Below, in pieces: positions 45,569 through 55,616 of a DNA stretch of 64,000 nt; the stretch's first letter is position 1; each line of letters starts with the position of its first letter. Both the position numbers and the translations under genes were made by a program. The stretch covers positions 1-64,000 of IMG/VR virus record IMGVR_UViG_3300020046_010243; one strand, written 5' to 3'. This stretch comes from a virus. Taxonomy: Duplodnaviria; Caudoviricetes. The notes below the pieces were generated by a model. That model was not told the origin of the DNA, searched no databases, and worked only from the letters and a program-made list of their open reading frames with translations.

Positions 45569-45999
45569 TAAGCAACTCCCCTGAACCGATACGCTCGCAA
45601 AACCTTCGCTCCGGCGACAGCGATGCCATTCTCGGCCACGAACCCCACTGACTGGTAGGCATGAATGACGTAGCCGGGCTTGCTTATCATCGCAAAGTGC
45701 TGCGGGAAGCGACGAAACGCCATCACCAGCACATCGCTCTCGCGCGCGAGCGAGAGATCTATGCGGTCCATGAACCGCTCGCAGGAAGCATAGAGAAACT
45801 CCGGGCGCGGAAGGCGACCATACGAATGCATCGCAGGATCTGCGCGCCATTCGGCGGCTCCCGGTAGCCCTAGCGCCAATGCGCTCATCCCGAGCAATCC
45901 CAAGCAGTCGACGCCGAGCCCCTTTACTCGAGCCTGATGCACCCAAGGCGTCCACATCCAGGTGCGAGCTTCCTCGATCAGGAGAGACCGGCTAGTCAT
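45568..45999 (-). CDS. NlpC/P60 peptidase (tail-associated)
   Basis: ARTW..TPWVHQAR.KG.GVDC.G, PQHFA, IHA. Confidence 0.9.
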   Translation of the reverse strand: MTSRSLLIEEARTWMWTPWVHQARVKGLGVDCLGLLGMSALALGLPGAAEWRADPAMHSYGRLPRPEFLYASCERFMDRIDLSLARESDVLVMAFRRFPQHFAMISKPGYVIHAYQSVGFVAENGIAVAGAKVLRAYRFRGVA

Positions 46000-46855
46000 T
46001 GTGCCTGCCGATCTGCACCAGCGCATCGTTGCCGCGCAACCAAGGTTCCCCATTGAAGCGTCGACCGTTGCCGAATGTCTCGACGCAATCCTCGATGAAG
46101 CGGCCGCGGCAGCCGCGCATGATCGAGTAGGAGTCGCCGGTCACATCATACGGGACCGGGCTGAGAAGTTCAAGCTCCCCTACGGTATAGGTCTTGACCT
46201 CAAAGGAGAGGTTGACTGCATCGCCGCTGGTGAAAGTGATGGTGCCCCGGTCGAAGGTGCCTGCATCTTCGGTTCGATCATTCACCGTCAGGACGAAGCG
46301 ATTCGTGCTGACCCCATCGACTACTCCGGTGAAAGTATATACCGGCGACCCGGCACCCAAGACGACTCCGCACTTCTCATCACCGAGCACATTGCGGCAC
46401 CCCGCCTGGGTGGGTTCGCCGATACTGGTGCTGTAGGCGTCCATCATGCCGATGAGTTCGGCGATGAACATCTGCCTGCCCGTGCGCACTTCACCGAGCC
46501 TGCCCGCGCGTAGCTTGTTCTTCCCGGCAGCCGGGTTCGCCCAACTCACCATGAACATTCGGAACTGCGCATAGTCCCACCGCCCCGCGCGCAGATCATC
46601 GGCGGTCAGGCCTGCCTGCGAGAGCAGCGCGTCGACCTGCACGTCATCGGGACCCATATCGCCGCCGGTAGCAACGTCAGTCGGGGTGAAGCTCGACCCG
46701 GGTCGATACTCGAGCCCATCGACTGTCAGCATCTTGCGGTTGGTCGTGAAGCCATAGACGTTGCCGTCGCGGCGTTCGATGCGGATGCAGGTCGCGAGTC
46801 GCGCCGACGAACGCGACATTTCGGTTTGCAAAGCAAGCGGGATCACCTTGCTCAT
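45992..46855 (-). CDS. DUF2163/BR0599-like tail hub protein
   Basis: RRDG..YGFT, DLRAGRWD.A, C...LGD..C, GC......C...FGN..RF.GEP. Confidence 0.9.
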   Translation of the reverse strand: MSKVIPLALQTEMSRSSARLATCIRIERRDGNVYGFTTNRKMLTVDGLEYRPGSSFTPTDVATGGDMGPDDVQVDALLSQAGLTADDLRAGRWDYAQFRMFMVSWANPAAGKNKLRAGRLGEVRTGRQMFIAELIGMMDAYSTSIGEPTQAGCRNVLGDEKCGVVLGAGSPVYTFTGVVDGVSTNRFVLTVNDRTEDAGTFDRGTITFTSGDAVNLSFEVKTYTVGELELLSPVPYDVTGDSYSIMRGCRGRFIEDCVETFGNGRRFNGEPWLRGNDALVQIGRHND

Positions 46856-47427
46856 ACTTCTTCTCCAGTCACTTCGATGATTTCGATGTCGCGCCAGCCG
46901 ACGATCAAGCCCTCGCGCCCTCGGTTGATGACCTGCGCTTTCATGGGGTCGTTGTTCAAGCGGCACCAGCAATCGAACTCGCCATACCAAGTCGTGCCGC
47001 TAGTCGCGATCCCGGTAGCATAGTCGAGCCCTACGGCGTTCGTGGTGATGGTCCCCTGCACCGGCTTGGTAATCACCCGATCGTAGGTGTAGGGGCCGTA
47101 GGTGTAGCGCTTGACCATTTGCTTGCCGACCGGGCTACCTTCGCTATCAATGAAGAAGCCTTCCCCGGAGTAGCACTCGAAGTCGACCCAGTCCTTGAAG
47201 CGGAAGGTATTCGCCATGCCTGCGACGTTGCGGAAGAAGGAGAGCAGAGGCTGCCAGTCGCCGTATGCGCGCGCCTCATGACTCACCGTCCATTCGCCGC
47301 GCTCGAGTTCCCACTCTTGCGTGCGCGACTCGGCTCCGCTCGCTACGGTTGCAATGCTGGTCTTGAATCGGGGTCCGCCGACCGCACCGAAACTGACCTT
47401 CTCGGGGAACCGGATATCCAGATCCAT
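46852..47427 (-). CDS. DUF2460-like distal tail protein
   Basis: RFP...S.GA.GGP.F.T.I...SG.E.R, FRFKDW.D. Confidence 0.9.
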   Translation of the reverse strand: MDLDIRFPEKVSFGAVGGPRFKTSIATVASGAESRTQEWELERGEWTVSHEARAYGDWQPLLSFFRNVAGMANTFRFKDWVDFECYSGEGFFIDSEGSPVGKQMVKRYTYGPYTYDRVITKPVQGTITTNAVGLDYATGIATSGTTWYGEFDCWCRLNNDPMKAQVINRGREGLIVGWRDIEIIEVTGEEV

Positions 47428-47428
47428 A

Positions 47429-49645
47429 TCAATCCTTCAGCGTTCGCATGACTACTCCGCGCAATGCGTTGCCCGCTTGCCGAGCCGAGCGAGTATCGGC
47501 ACCCGGCAGCACGTTGGTGATGAATGTGTTGCCGCCGCTGCCCGCCATGCGCTGCGACATCTGCGCTGAGTAGACCTTCGCGCCGCGAGGCAGGTCGACA
47601 AGCTCCGGGCCATTCTCGCCCACCCAGGCTCGACCGCCGGGAGCGAAGGAAGTGCCTGAAGCGAAGCCGCCGAAGCCGCCCGGGACCGGGTCGACTACGC
47701 TGAGGTAACTCGTGCCCCCGCCGCCGAGGAATCCCATCGCAAGCTTCGCCAGAACTCCGAAGAAATCAGGTCCCGCGGTCTGGTTGCCGCCGAAGATCAT
47801 GTTCCCGATGTTCTGCGCAGCGACTCGGGTCGCCTGCTTCAGGATATCATCGACGAATGACTTGAAGGCATCCTTCGCGCTCTTGGTGCCTTCGATGAAC
47901 TCGAGGAAGGAGTCTGCGAAGGCATTGGAGAAGGCGTTCTTGACCTCCTGCAACGCCTCGGCTTCCTTCTTCAACTGCTCAGCAAAGGCGAGGTCTCCGA
48001 CCAACTGCTTGCGCTTTTCGAGCGCGGCGATCTGCTCGTTCAGGACTGCAACTTGCGCCTCGGTATTCTCAATGTTCGCGAGCGCGAACGCCTTGTCCTT
48101 TGCCTCGACGATGAGAGCGTCGATTTTCGCAAGGGTGAGCTTACGCACCGCCTCTTCGCCGCCCTTGACGAAAGCAATCTGCTCCTCGAGTTGCTTGTTG
48201 CTGTCGCGGATGCCTTGCGCAGTCTTCTGCTCAGCCTCAAGCTCCTTCGTGCGAGTCTTCGAGTTCTGCTCGCGGATGCGAGAGGCTTCCTCTTCGAGTT
48301 TCTTGCGATCGGCTTCGACCTTCTTGGCAATCTCGGCATCCTGAATGCGTACAGCGAGCAGTTCGATGGCGGCTTGTCGCTCAGCGGTGAGCCCGGTGAA
48401 CTTCGCTTTCGATAGGTCGAGTTCGACTTGCTCGAGGACCGTGAGGTCTTGCATCTTTTCAAGTTGCTTCTCTAGCGACGCAATCAGTTTCTCTGCGTCG
48501 GTGATCTCGGCCTTCTTGTCGGGGCCTTCCTTGCCCGAGAAACTCAGTTGCTTGCCGGGCGGCTTGAAGTTGCGATCCTCGAGCGCAGCCTGATTGCGCA
48601 GCGTGCGCGCCTTGTCAAACTCGCGTTCGAGAGTAGCTGAGAAAAGCGGCTTCTCGAGGAGCCGCTTGATGTCGCTCTGGAACTCGCCGATGATCGCTCG
48701 CGCGCCCGAGAGGTTGCCGCTCATCGCCTCGTTGCGTGCAGCAAGCCCCGCAGCGATAGAGAGACCCACCGCCTGGAAGACTCGAACTACGCCATCCCCC
48801 GCATCGACGAGCTTCGCTAGAGCGAGCGCGCCCGTCTCGGCGAACTTGCGAATCTGTTCGCCGTCGAGGTTCTTCGCTTGCGTGCTGACTCCGATCAACT
48901 GCGCTACGAACTCCTTTGTCGCGGTAATGATAGAGGTGATAGTCGGGAGTGCTTCGGTCGCGAGCGCCTGGAGGTAGAGTTCCAGTTGCGCGCGAGTGCG
49001 CTTCTGAGCATCCGAGTAGGCATCTGCGCGTTCGATTTGCTGCTGCGTCAGGATCACCTGGCGCCCACCTTCGGCGGCCAGTTCCTTCAGGAAGGGCAGC
49101 AGCGCTGCTCCGCTCTTCCCGAACAGCGCCATTGCGACCGCGGTCTTCGATGCCCCGTCCTCGAATCCCGCGAGTGCCTTCGCAACCGTCTCCAGTTGCG
49201 TCGCAGGGTCGAGAGCCTTGAACTCCTTGATCGGAAGACCAAGCGCAGCGAGTGCGGCGCCCGCATCCTTGGTCTCATCTTCGGTGGTAACGAGGCCTTT
49301 GGTGAGCTTGTTCAATGCGCCCGCAAGCGTCGCGGTGTCCGCACCCGCAGTCTTGCCTGCGACTGCAAACGATGCGAGCGCCTCAGCATTCGCGCCGGTG
49401 ATCTCCTCGAAGTCCTTGAAGTCGCCCGCTTGTCCGGCGAGGTTGTTGATCGCAGCGAAGGCGCCGATCGCCGCAGCACCCATCGCAGCAATCGCCCCCG
49501 CGGCTGCGGTAGCACCAGCCGCAATCGCTTGGTCGAGTTTCTTGGCGAACTTCTCAGCATCGCGCTCGGACTTCGTGAGCCCGGTAGTGAACTCGGCAGC
49601 ATTCAACCCGAGCGATACGACCAGAGAACCGAGAGAGGTAGCCAT
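47429..49645 (-). CDS. tail tape measure protein
   Basis: 738-aa helical; N-terminal SLVVSLGLN..F; C-terminal FASG...GENGPEL. Confidence 0.92.
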   Translation of the reverse strand: MATSLGSLVVSLGLNAAEFTTGLTKSERDAEKFAKKLDQAIAAGATAAAGAIAAMGAAAIGAFAAINNLAGQAGDFKDFEEITGANAEALASFAVAGKTAGADTATLAGALNKLTKGLVTTEDETKDAGAALAALGLPIKEFKALDPATQLETVAKALAGFEDGASKTAVAMALFGKSGAALLPFLKELAAEGGRQVILTQQQIERADAYSDAQKRTRAQLELYLQALATEALPTITSIITATKEFVAQLIGVSTQAKNLDGEQIRKFAETGALALAKLVDAGDGVVRVFQAVGLSIAAGLAARNEAMSGNLSGARAIIGEFQSDIKRLLEKPLFSATLEREFDKARTLRNQAALEDRNFKPPGKQLSFSGKEGPDKKAEITDAEKLIASLEKQLEKMQDLTVLEQVELDLSKAKFTGLTAERQAAIELLAVRIQDAEIAKKVEADRKKLEEEASRIREQNSKTRTKELEAEQKTAQGIRDSNKQLEEQIAFVKGGEEAVRKLTLAKIDALIVEAKDKAFALANIENTEAQVAVLNEQIAALEKRKQLVGDLAFAEQLKKEAEALQEVKNAFSNAFADSFLEFIEGTKSAKDAFKSFVDDILKQATRVAAQNIGNMIFGGNQTAGPDFFGVLAKLAMGFLGGGGTSYLSVVDPVPGGFGGFASGTSFAPGGRAWVGENGPELVDLPRGAKVYSAQMSQRMAGSGGNTFITNVLPGADTRSARQAGNALRGVVMRTLKD

Positions 49646-49648
49646 GCG

Positions 49649-50013
49649 CTACACCGCCTTCGCTTTGCGCTTGCGCTTCAACCCGAGAACCCGCACATTC
49701 TTGCCGCCGATTCCCGCAAAAGCCTCCGCGGCGATCTTGCCGGATGCAACTGAATTGGTCGGGGCTTCGGGCTTCGGCATCAGGTCAACGAGGAAATCCT
49801 CGAGCGTGTAATCGGATGCGCCGCCCATTGCCTGAGCGACCACTAGGCAGACCAGAGCCAACTGCAAATGCGTGCGGCGAGAGGGGAGCCCGACGGTGCG
49901 CTGATACTTCTCCCACCGCGAGAACTCTCGGGACGACATGCGCACCGAAAGCTCCCGCACCGTCATGCCCATCTCTAGCGCCAGATCGTGCAGGAGGATC
50001 TGGCGCTTCGTCA
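49649..50013 (-). CDS. tail assembly chaperone, -1 frameshift extension (gpT-like)
   Basis: -1 frame continues KLTKRQILLHDLALEMGMTVREL..MSSREF..W. Confidence 0.8.
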
Positions 50014-50322
50014 GTTTCCCGGCGTATCCTCCGCGATGGCTGCACTCAGCAACTTCCAGGGCTGCCGGGCGAGCAATGCGACATCTTCCGGGTCGTCGCA
50101 GTTGAAGAGCAAGACGCCTTCCGCATCGCAGAGAACCCGCGCCGCTGCGCGCGCGATGCGGTGCTTGTTCTTCTTGTCGGCGGTATCTTCGGTCTGGTCT
50201 TCGATCTCCGAGACAGTGACATCGCGGATGTAGACCTCGCCCCACTTCGGGATGGTGCGCTTGCGCGGAGGCTCCGCGGCAGTCGCTCGCATCGCGGCGA
50301 TCAGTTCATCGCGGGTCGTCAT
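50011..50322 (-). CDS. tail assembly chaperone (gpG-like)
   Basis: follows the major tail gene; ends in the slippery heptamer. Confidence 0.85.
   Translation of the reverse strand: MTTRDELIAAMRATAAEPPRKRTIPKWGEVYIRDVTVSEIEDQTEDTADKKNKHRIARAAARVLCDAEGVLLFNCDDPEDVALLARQPWKLLSAAIAEDTPGN
50014..50020 (-). other. programmed -1 frameshift heptamer G-GGA-AAC
   Basis: CCG GGA AAC TGA; X XXY YYZ pattern right before the stop. Confidence 0.85.
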
Positions 50323-50323
50323 C

Positions 50324-50983
50324 TTACGCCTCGAAGACGAAGACTTCGCCGGTGAGCTTGATCGAAGCCGAGGCCGTCCAGACCCCATTGACCGCGCCCT
50401 GGAAGGAGGTCGAGGTCACGGTGCCGATCATGATGACGATGCCGCCGGTGCCCGGGAAGATGATCTTGAAGGCGACCTGGTCACCGCTGAGCTTCGCCGC
50501 GCGCAGCGCAGCCTGCACCGCCTCGTTGCCGGCCCAGTTGAAGTCGAGTTGCAGAGTGCCCGAATCGCTCAGGCCTTGTTCGAACTCCTTCGCGGTCGAG
50601 CAGATCGTGGTGACTTCGATCGTATCGGCGCCGGCATCCTGTTGGTTCGCGCCGGTCAGTTCGCAGAAGGTCGTGAACGTGACGGGCGAGGCGGTCGCGA
50701 GCGGGCTACCGCCAGCGAAGGCAGTGCCCCCGGTCGTATCGCCGCCCGCGAGTTCGAATGTGCCCGACGCTTCGTTGTCGACCGGGTAGAGGTTGCCCTC
50801 CAAGCCGGTGGGGGTAACGAGGTCATTGATGCGGACCACGTCGCCGGTGACGAAGCCGTGCGCGGTCGACGAGACGACCGGCGGTTCCGCCAGGGTGACG
50901 CCCGTGATGGTCTTCGCGACTCCGAAGCCCGTCTGGACCTTGAACTGCGAACCATTGAATTTGTAGCGCTTGCCCGAAGACAT
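50324..50983 (-). CDS. major tail tube protein
   Basis: AKTITG.T.A.P, IEVTT, GLSDSG; position before the chaperone. Confidence 0.9.
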   Translation of the reverse strand: MSSGKRYKFNGSQFKVQTGFGVAKTITGVTLAEPPVVSSTAHGFVTGDVVRINDLVTPTGLEGNLYPVDNEASGTFELAGGDTTGGTAFAGGSPLATASPVTFTTFCELTGANQQDAGADTIEVTTICSTAKEFEQGLSDSGTLQLDFNWAGNEAVQAALRAAKLSGDQVAFKIIFPGTGGIVIMIGTVTSTSFQGAVNGVWTASASIKLTGEVFVFEA

Positions 50984-51028
50984 GATCTACTCCTTGCGTT
51001 GTTTGCGGGGTTTACAGGGGTTGCGGTA

Positions 51029-51412
51029 TTACGGTGAACCGGAGACGCTTGAAGGGCTGATGAAATACTCGAGCGTCACTCGGTAAGTCTTGGTCTGCTC
51101 ATCGAACTCTTGTCCGCCACTTGGTTGACGAGTCGCCGGCAGCGAAAATCCTAGCATAGCGGCGATGACTTGGTCGCGCAAGGTGATGACCGCCCCATGC
51201 GTCAACGCAACCAGATCGAGTTGCACTGAACTATCATCGGTGTCGACAGTCGTGCTGCCGCAGATATCGTTGGTATCGGAAGAGGTCAGCACCGTATAGC
51301 GAATCGCGGGCCAGCGCGGCAGTTCTCCGTCGGGCTGGATGAAGGTCAGCGGGTAGCACCGGTTGTTGACCAGAGGCCCCAAGGTAGTGAACAGAAGTCC
51401 TTCCAGCATCAC
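51029..51412 (-). CDS. tail terminator (DUF3168-like)
   Basis: RCYP, P.IRY, VQLD; gene order. Confidence 0.8.
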   Translation of the reverse strand: MMLEGLLFTTLGPLVNNRCYPLTFIQPDGELPRWPAIRYTVLTSSDTNDICGSTTVDTDDSSVQLDLVALTHGAVITLRDQVIAAMLGFSLPATRQPSGGQEFDEQTKTYRVTLEYFISPSSVSGSP

Positions 51413-51855
51413 ACACCCGCCTTCTTGAGGAAGCGCTCGAGTTTCTTGGCCATCGCTTTGATCGCGTCGCCGATGTTTTTCGCAAGAGCCGGGCGCATGT
51501 AGGGCTGAGCGCTCATGTTGATCGTCCCGAACTCCACGAGCCGCCCATACCGCGCGGCATAGCCATCCTTCTTCTTGCCGCGCACAGTCACGATATACTC
51601 AGCGGTCAGCGAAGTGCGGGAAATCTTCTTCGTGATGATGTTCTTTTTCAGGTTCCCCGGCTGCACCAGGGTATCCTTCACAATGTGCGGCTTGTCGTAG
51701 TCGGGCGCCGCGGCGATGGCGGCTTTCTTTACGACGCCCGCAGCCGCAGAAGTCGCCTGCCATGCAGCCTTCGTCGACAGTTCCTTCTTCAAGCGCTCCA
51801 TGCGCGCGCCTAAAGCCGCTAGGCCTTGGACTTCGATGCGAGTGACTTGCGGCAT
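51409..51855 (-). CDS. HK97 gp10-like neck protein
   Basis: I.VQGL..L, GNLKKNI, EFGT..MSAQPYMRPA. Confidence 0.9.
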   Translation of the reverse strand: MPQVTRIEVQGLAALGARMERLKKELSTKAAWQATSAAAGVVKKAAIAAAPDYDKPHIVKDTLVQPGNLKKNIITKKISRTSLTAEYIVTVRGKKKDGYAARYGRLVEFGTINMSAQPYMRPALAKNIGDAIKAMAKKLERFLKKAGV

Positions 51856-51857
51856 AG

Positions 51858-52208
51858 CTACCCCTCGTTCGTCCCTGACTTGCAGCGAAGCTCCAGCATG
51901 CCGCGCGAGAGTCCCGGTTCGATCGGACCCACGATATTGTAGATGACCGGCGGCCGCCCATCCGCTTGGTGCACGATGCGCGACTTCGCACTCAGCGCGG
52001 CGAGCGCAGGTGCCCAGCGGACAGTGATCTTCGTATCGACCTCAGAGAGCAACCCGCCGCCGATCTGCGACTCGCGGGCGCTCTGCGGCAGGATCTCAGC
52101 ATAGACGGTTGCGAAAGTCTGCCAGGAAGTCTCGGGTGCGCCGGTGCTCGACTGCGCATCGGTCGCGGTCTGGATCAAGACGCGATGAGAGAGGCGCGCG
52201 ATTCTCAT
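51858..52208 (-). CDS. head closure / head-tail adaptor
   Basis: RLSHRV.IQ, G.P...W..FATVYAEI.P. Confidence 0.9.
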   Translation of the reverse strand: MRIARLSHRVLIQTATDAQSSTGAPETSWQTFATVYAEILPQSARESQIGGGLLSEVDTKITVRWAPALAALSAKSRIVHQADGRPPVIYNIVGPIEPGLSRGMLELRCKSGTNEG

Positions 52209-52930
52209 GCGATCGGCATCCGGATGCGGTAACGCTCGACCAGCGCCTGGATCCCCAGGGGCAGACGACTCACCATGTTGCCCACATTGATCTCCTCCCG
52301 GTTCTCATAGAGAGCACCGAGCGTCAACTTCATCGCGGCGATCAGTGAGTATGGGATGATGTTGTCGAGCGGAGAAGCGCCCGGTGCATCGTAGCCGACG
52401 CTCATGCGGATGCGGATCGACCCTGGCTGGTCGCGCGAAGAGGGCCAGTCACTCGAACCATATGCAGGATAGAGCACGGGCACCTCGCAGGCATTGTCGA
52501 GGTAGAAGGCGCTCGGATCCATCACCGCATCATTCCCGTCGCTGTCTTTATAGGTCACGGAAATGATGCCATTGACCGGCGCGGTCATCAGCGAGATCCC
52601 GAAGTCGGGCATCCATCGCGACATGCCCGAGAAGCAGCGCCCCGAAAGCTCGACCGTCTGCGGAGCGAGCGCGAGTCCGCTCACGAACTCGATATATTCG
52701 CGCGAGGCAGGGATGAGCGCCTCGATCAGTTCCTGGTCGAGGTAGGTCGCAGGGCTGCCGTATGCATCGATGCGCAAGTGCTGCGCGGCTTGGTCGAGAG
52801 TGATCGGCTCGATGCTCGGCGGAGTGATGACTCGAAGCGACTTGCGGTCGCGCAGGTCGCGCTGCCATCCCGCGATGCAGGTGATGTAGCTGTTGGCGAG
52901 ACTGCGCCCATAGTTCAGGTAGCTGGTCAT
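52205..52930 (-). CDS. head-tail connector (gp6-like) with N-terminal extension
   Basis: EPITL.QA..HLRID, D..LI..LI.A.R, LY.NRE. Confidence 0.9.
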   Translation of the reverse strand: MTSYLNYGRSLANSYITCIAGWQRDLRDRKSLRVITPPSIEPITLDQAAQHLRIDAYGSPATYLDQELIEALIPASREYIEFVSGLALAPQTVELSGRCFSGMSRWMPDFGISLMTAPVNGIISVTYKDSDGNDAVMDPSAFYLDNACEVPVLYPAYGSSDWPSSRDQPGSIRIRMSVGYDAPGASPLDNIIPYSLIAAMKLTLGALYENREEINVGNMVSRLPLGIQALVERYRIRMPIA

Positions 52931-53613
52931 CCGAGGCACTCCTTCTTCGCTTGCTCCCAGATGTAAGCATGTTCGCATCCGGGTTTGAGTTCGGGGGTGC
53001 CCAGCGTGTAGTGGGCGATGATCGGTCGTTCGGGCTTGGGCTGCATTCCGACGAGCCAGTTATACTCGCCGGGAAGCGCACCGATCTCATTGTCGGCCAG
53101 CCAGCGAAACGCATGCAGATCGCGACCGGGCCATTGGTTGAGCATCTGGAGATTCAAGCGACGATTGGCGGGATGGTCGCAGTTGAAGAGCATCACCGAC
53201 GACCAAAGCTTGCGATGGTAGTTAGTCTGGATCTGGTTGTCCATCTTGAAGCCGCCGACTTGCCCGACCTCATGCTTCACCACGCAGACCGCATAGTCAT
53301 CGCGCGCATACCGAAGCATGCTGCGCGGATCCTCAAGAAAGATCACGTCCCCGTCGACGAAGAGCGCCCACCCGCTATGCGCGAGCAGGAGCGTTGCAAA
53401 GCGGGCGATGGCGAAGCGAGTCGACTGCGGAGCTTCGCTGTTGAGATCGAAAGCCTGCCCGCCTCGCGTATCCATCGGGCGGTAAATGATGCCCGATGCG
53501 CGCAGTCGGTCTTCGTAAAGACCGTGCACCTCGCAACCGAAGCGCAGCGCAGACGCGACCGCGAGGTTGAATGAGACCGCCTCGCGCTCCTCGTAACCGA
53601 CAAAGACTCTCAT
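52927..53613 (-). CDS. GT-A glycosyltransferase (GT8-like)
   Basis: VFVGY..RE, ST.F..ARF, FVDGD, VVKH, RKLWSSVMLFN, WL, YNWLVG, HYTLGTP. Confidence 0.85.
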   Translation of the reverse strand: MRVFVGYEEREAVSFNLAVASALRFGCEVHGLYEDRLRASGIIYRPMDTRGGQAFDLNSEAPQSTRFAIARFATLLLAHSGWALFVDGDVIFLEDPRSMLRYARDDYAVCVVKHEVGQVGGFKMDNQIQTNYHRKLWSSVMLFNCDHPANRRLNLQMLNQWPGRDLHAFRWLADNEIGALPGEYNWLVGMQPKPERPIIAHYTLGTPELKPGCEHAYIWEQAKKECLG

Positions 53614-53624
53614 GCCTGCTTACC

Positions 53625-54290
53625 TCACCCCGGGACCATGACAAAGTCGCCTGACATCTTCTCGACGCATTCGTAGCCGAGCGACTGCAACCACTCGACT
53701 GCGCCCAACTCAGGTAAACCGAACTGCTGTGCGCGCCCTGGCTTTTGTTCGACGATGATAGTGGGCAAGTCTCGCGCTATTGTAGCCTCTCCTCCGCGCA
53801 ATGCAAAGTATTCGTAGCCTTCGCAGTCGAGTTTGATGAAGTCGACAGACTGCAGATTGAAGGTGTCGAGACGGCAGAGCGGGATATCGCCCTCGCCCCC
53901 TACTTTCGAGTCCCCTGACGAGGATGGGGCTGTCTCAATACGCACGCTGCCCTCGTGGTCGCCGAGCGCGCAGGCATGCAAGACCGCGCGCGAATAGCCG
54001 AGGTTGACCAGATCCGGTTCGATGACATTCTGCTGAAAGCAGTCGCGGTGCGCTGCGACAGGCTCGAATGCATGCACAGTCTTGAACTGCTTGACCAACT
54101 GCATCGACCAGAGACCGATATGACCCCCGACATCGACAGCAGTGCGAAAGTCGCGACAGTGCCGCAAGGCGGCACGGAGTTTCTTGATCTGGTAGGTCCC
54201 CTTGCCGTCGACCCATTCTCCCGACTTATTCATCCAGTCGAGCAGGTGCACTTCGCTGTCCGGAAACCAGATCCCCTGGTGCTGCTTCAT
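53625..54290 (-). CDS. FkbM-family SAM methyltransferase
   Basis: DVGGHIGLWS, AFEP, ALGD, DFIKLDCEGYE. Confidence 0.9.
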   Translation of the reverse strand: MKQHQGIWFPDSEVHLLDWMNKSGEWVDGKGTYQIKKLRAALRHCRDFRTAVDVGGHIGLWSMQLVKQFKTVHAFEPVAAHRDCFQQNVIEPDLVNLGYSRAVLHACALGDHEGSVRIETAPSSSGDSKVGGEGDIPLCRLDTFNLQSVDFIKLDCEGYEYFALRGGEATIARDLPTIIVEQKPGRAQQFGLPELGAVEWLQSLGYECVEKMSGDFVMVPG

Positions 54291-55021
54291 GAAAAGACCT
54301 CCTGGTGAAGTGCTGCGTGAACTTCGTCAACGGTGATGGCGAGCATGGCGGCCTTACACCCTGCGCACGCCTGCCGGTTGCCGCACCATCCGGTAGCATG
54401 CCGAATGTTGCGCTGGTTCTGGTAGCCGGTGAACTCGGGCGAGATAAACTCGGACCAAAGCACGACCGAAGGAATCGAAAGCGCAGCCGCAGCATGGTGC
54501 AATGCGCCTTCGCCGCCGACGAACCCGATGCTAGAGGTCAGGATTGCAAGAGCTTCCCGGAAGGCGGTCTCCTTGAACTCGACACCGCGCAGTCGCTTCG
54601 ACTCAAGCGAACCGACCTGAATATAGCGACCTGGGTCTCGGTCGACCAACTGCTGCCATCGCTCGAACGGCCATGCTTTGTTGCCCCCGACGACCTTGGT
54701 ATTCGGTTCGATCAAGACCTTGCCCGCGAAGGGCGCAGCCTTCGCAAGCTCGTCCCGGTGCAGGTAGAGACTACCCGGTTCGATGTTCCAGTGCCTCCAG
54801 ACCCACCGCTCGGCGGTCTTGCCCGAGATATATGGGCGCACCCCCGAGGCGTTGAGCAAGGTAGCAGCGCCTCGCGTCTCGCGGGTGATGATCGGGTTGT
54901 ACTCGAAGACCGGTGACCATTGCGCGCGCCCGCGCAGATCCATCACCACGACTTGCTTCCCGGTAGCCTGGTGAAGTTGACGCACCTGCGCGGTCGCCAT
55001 AATCCAGTCACCGAGACCCAT
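54287..55021 (-). CDS. GT9-like (heptosyltransferase-type) GT-B glycosyltransferase
   Basis: MGLGDWIMAT, KAWPFERW, FVGGEGALHHAAAAL..PSVVLW. Confidence 0.75.
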   Translation of the reverse strand: MGLGDWIMATAQVRQLHQATGKQVVVMDLRGRAQWSPVFEYNPIITRETRGAATLLNASGVRPYISGKTAERWVWRHWNIEPGSLYLHRDELAKAAPFAGKVLIEPNTKVVGGNKAWPFERWQQLVDRDPGRYIQVGSLESKRLRGVEFKETAFREALAILTSSIGFVGGEGALHHAAAALSIPSVVLWSEFISPEFTGYQNQRNIRHATGWCGNRQACAGCKAAMLAITVDEVHAALHQEVFS

Positions 55022-55616
55022 TCGCACCTCCTTTGCGCCGGTAGTACCAGACCACCTCGTCGAAGGGTCCGAGTTCCTTGCGCTCGACCACGAAACCCGC
55101 CTCCTCCATGACCGCCCCGATATCGAAGGGACGGTTGTTGGTTCGAGCATCGACGATGACATCGCGCCCGCTAGGCGAAAGCCGCATGACGCAGAGATCA
55201 TCGCAGATCGAAGCGAAGTGACTCGCGGCGAAGATAGGATCCTGGAGCTTGTGCAAGAGAGCGAGGAGCAGCACGATATCGTAATGCTCTTGCGGGCGAT
55301 ACTGATCCGCATCCGCCTGGATGAAAGTGCAGTCAGAAAAGCCTCGCTCAGCGGCGAGGCGATTCCCGATCTTGATGTGCCCCGGCACGATCTCAGCGCC
55401 GAGGACCTTGCGCGCGCCCAACCGCGCAGCCTCGAGCGAGATCAGTCCTTCTGCGCAACCGATGTCGAGGATGCTCTTGCCTTTCACCTCAGCGAAGAGA
55501 GGCTCCAGCCCGCGCAGTTGTTGTTCGAGCGTTCGATCCCCGGGTCGCTCAGGAAGATCGAACCAGCCTCGGGTTCGCATCCGCTCAGCCTTGCGCTCGC
55601 GCGCGCGATTAGCCAC
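55008..55616 (-). CDS. class I SAM-dependent methyltransferase
   Basis: KSILDIGCAEG, YDIVLLLALLHK; GTG start with GGAG RBS. Confidence 0.85.
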   Translation of the reverse strand: MANRARERKAERMRTRGWFDLPERPGDRTLEQQLRGLEPLFAEVKGKSILDIGCAEGLISLEAARLGARKVLGAEIVPGHIKIGNRLAAERGFSDCTFIQADADQYRPQEHYDIVLLLALLHKLQDPIFAASHFASICDDLCVMRLSPSGRDVIVDARTNNRPFDIGAVMEEAGFVVERKELGPFDEVVWYYRRKGGANGSR

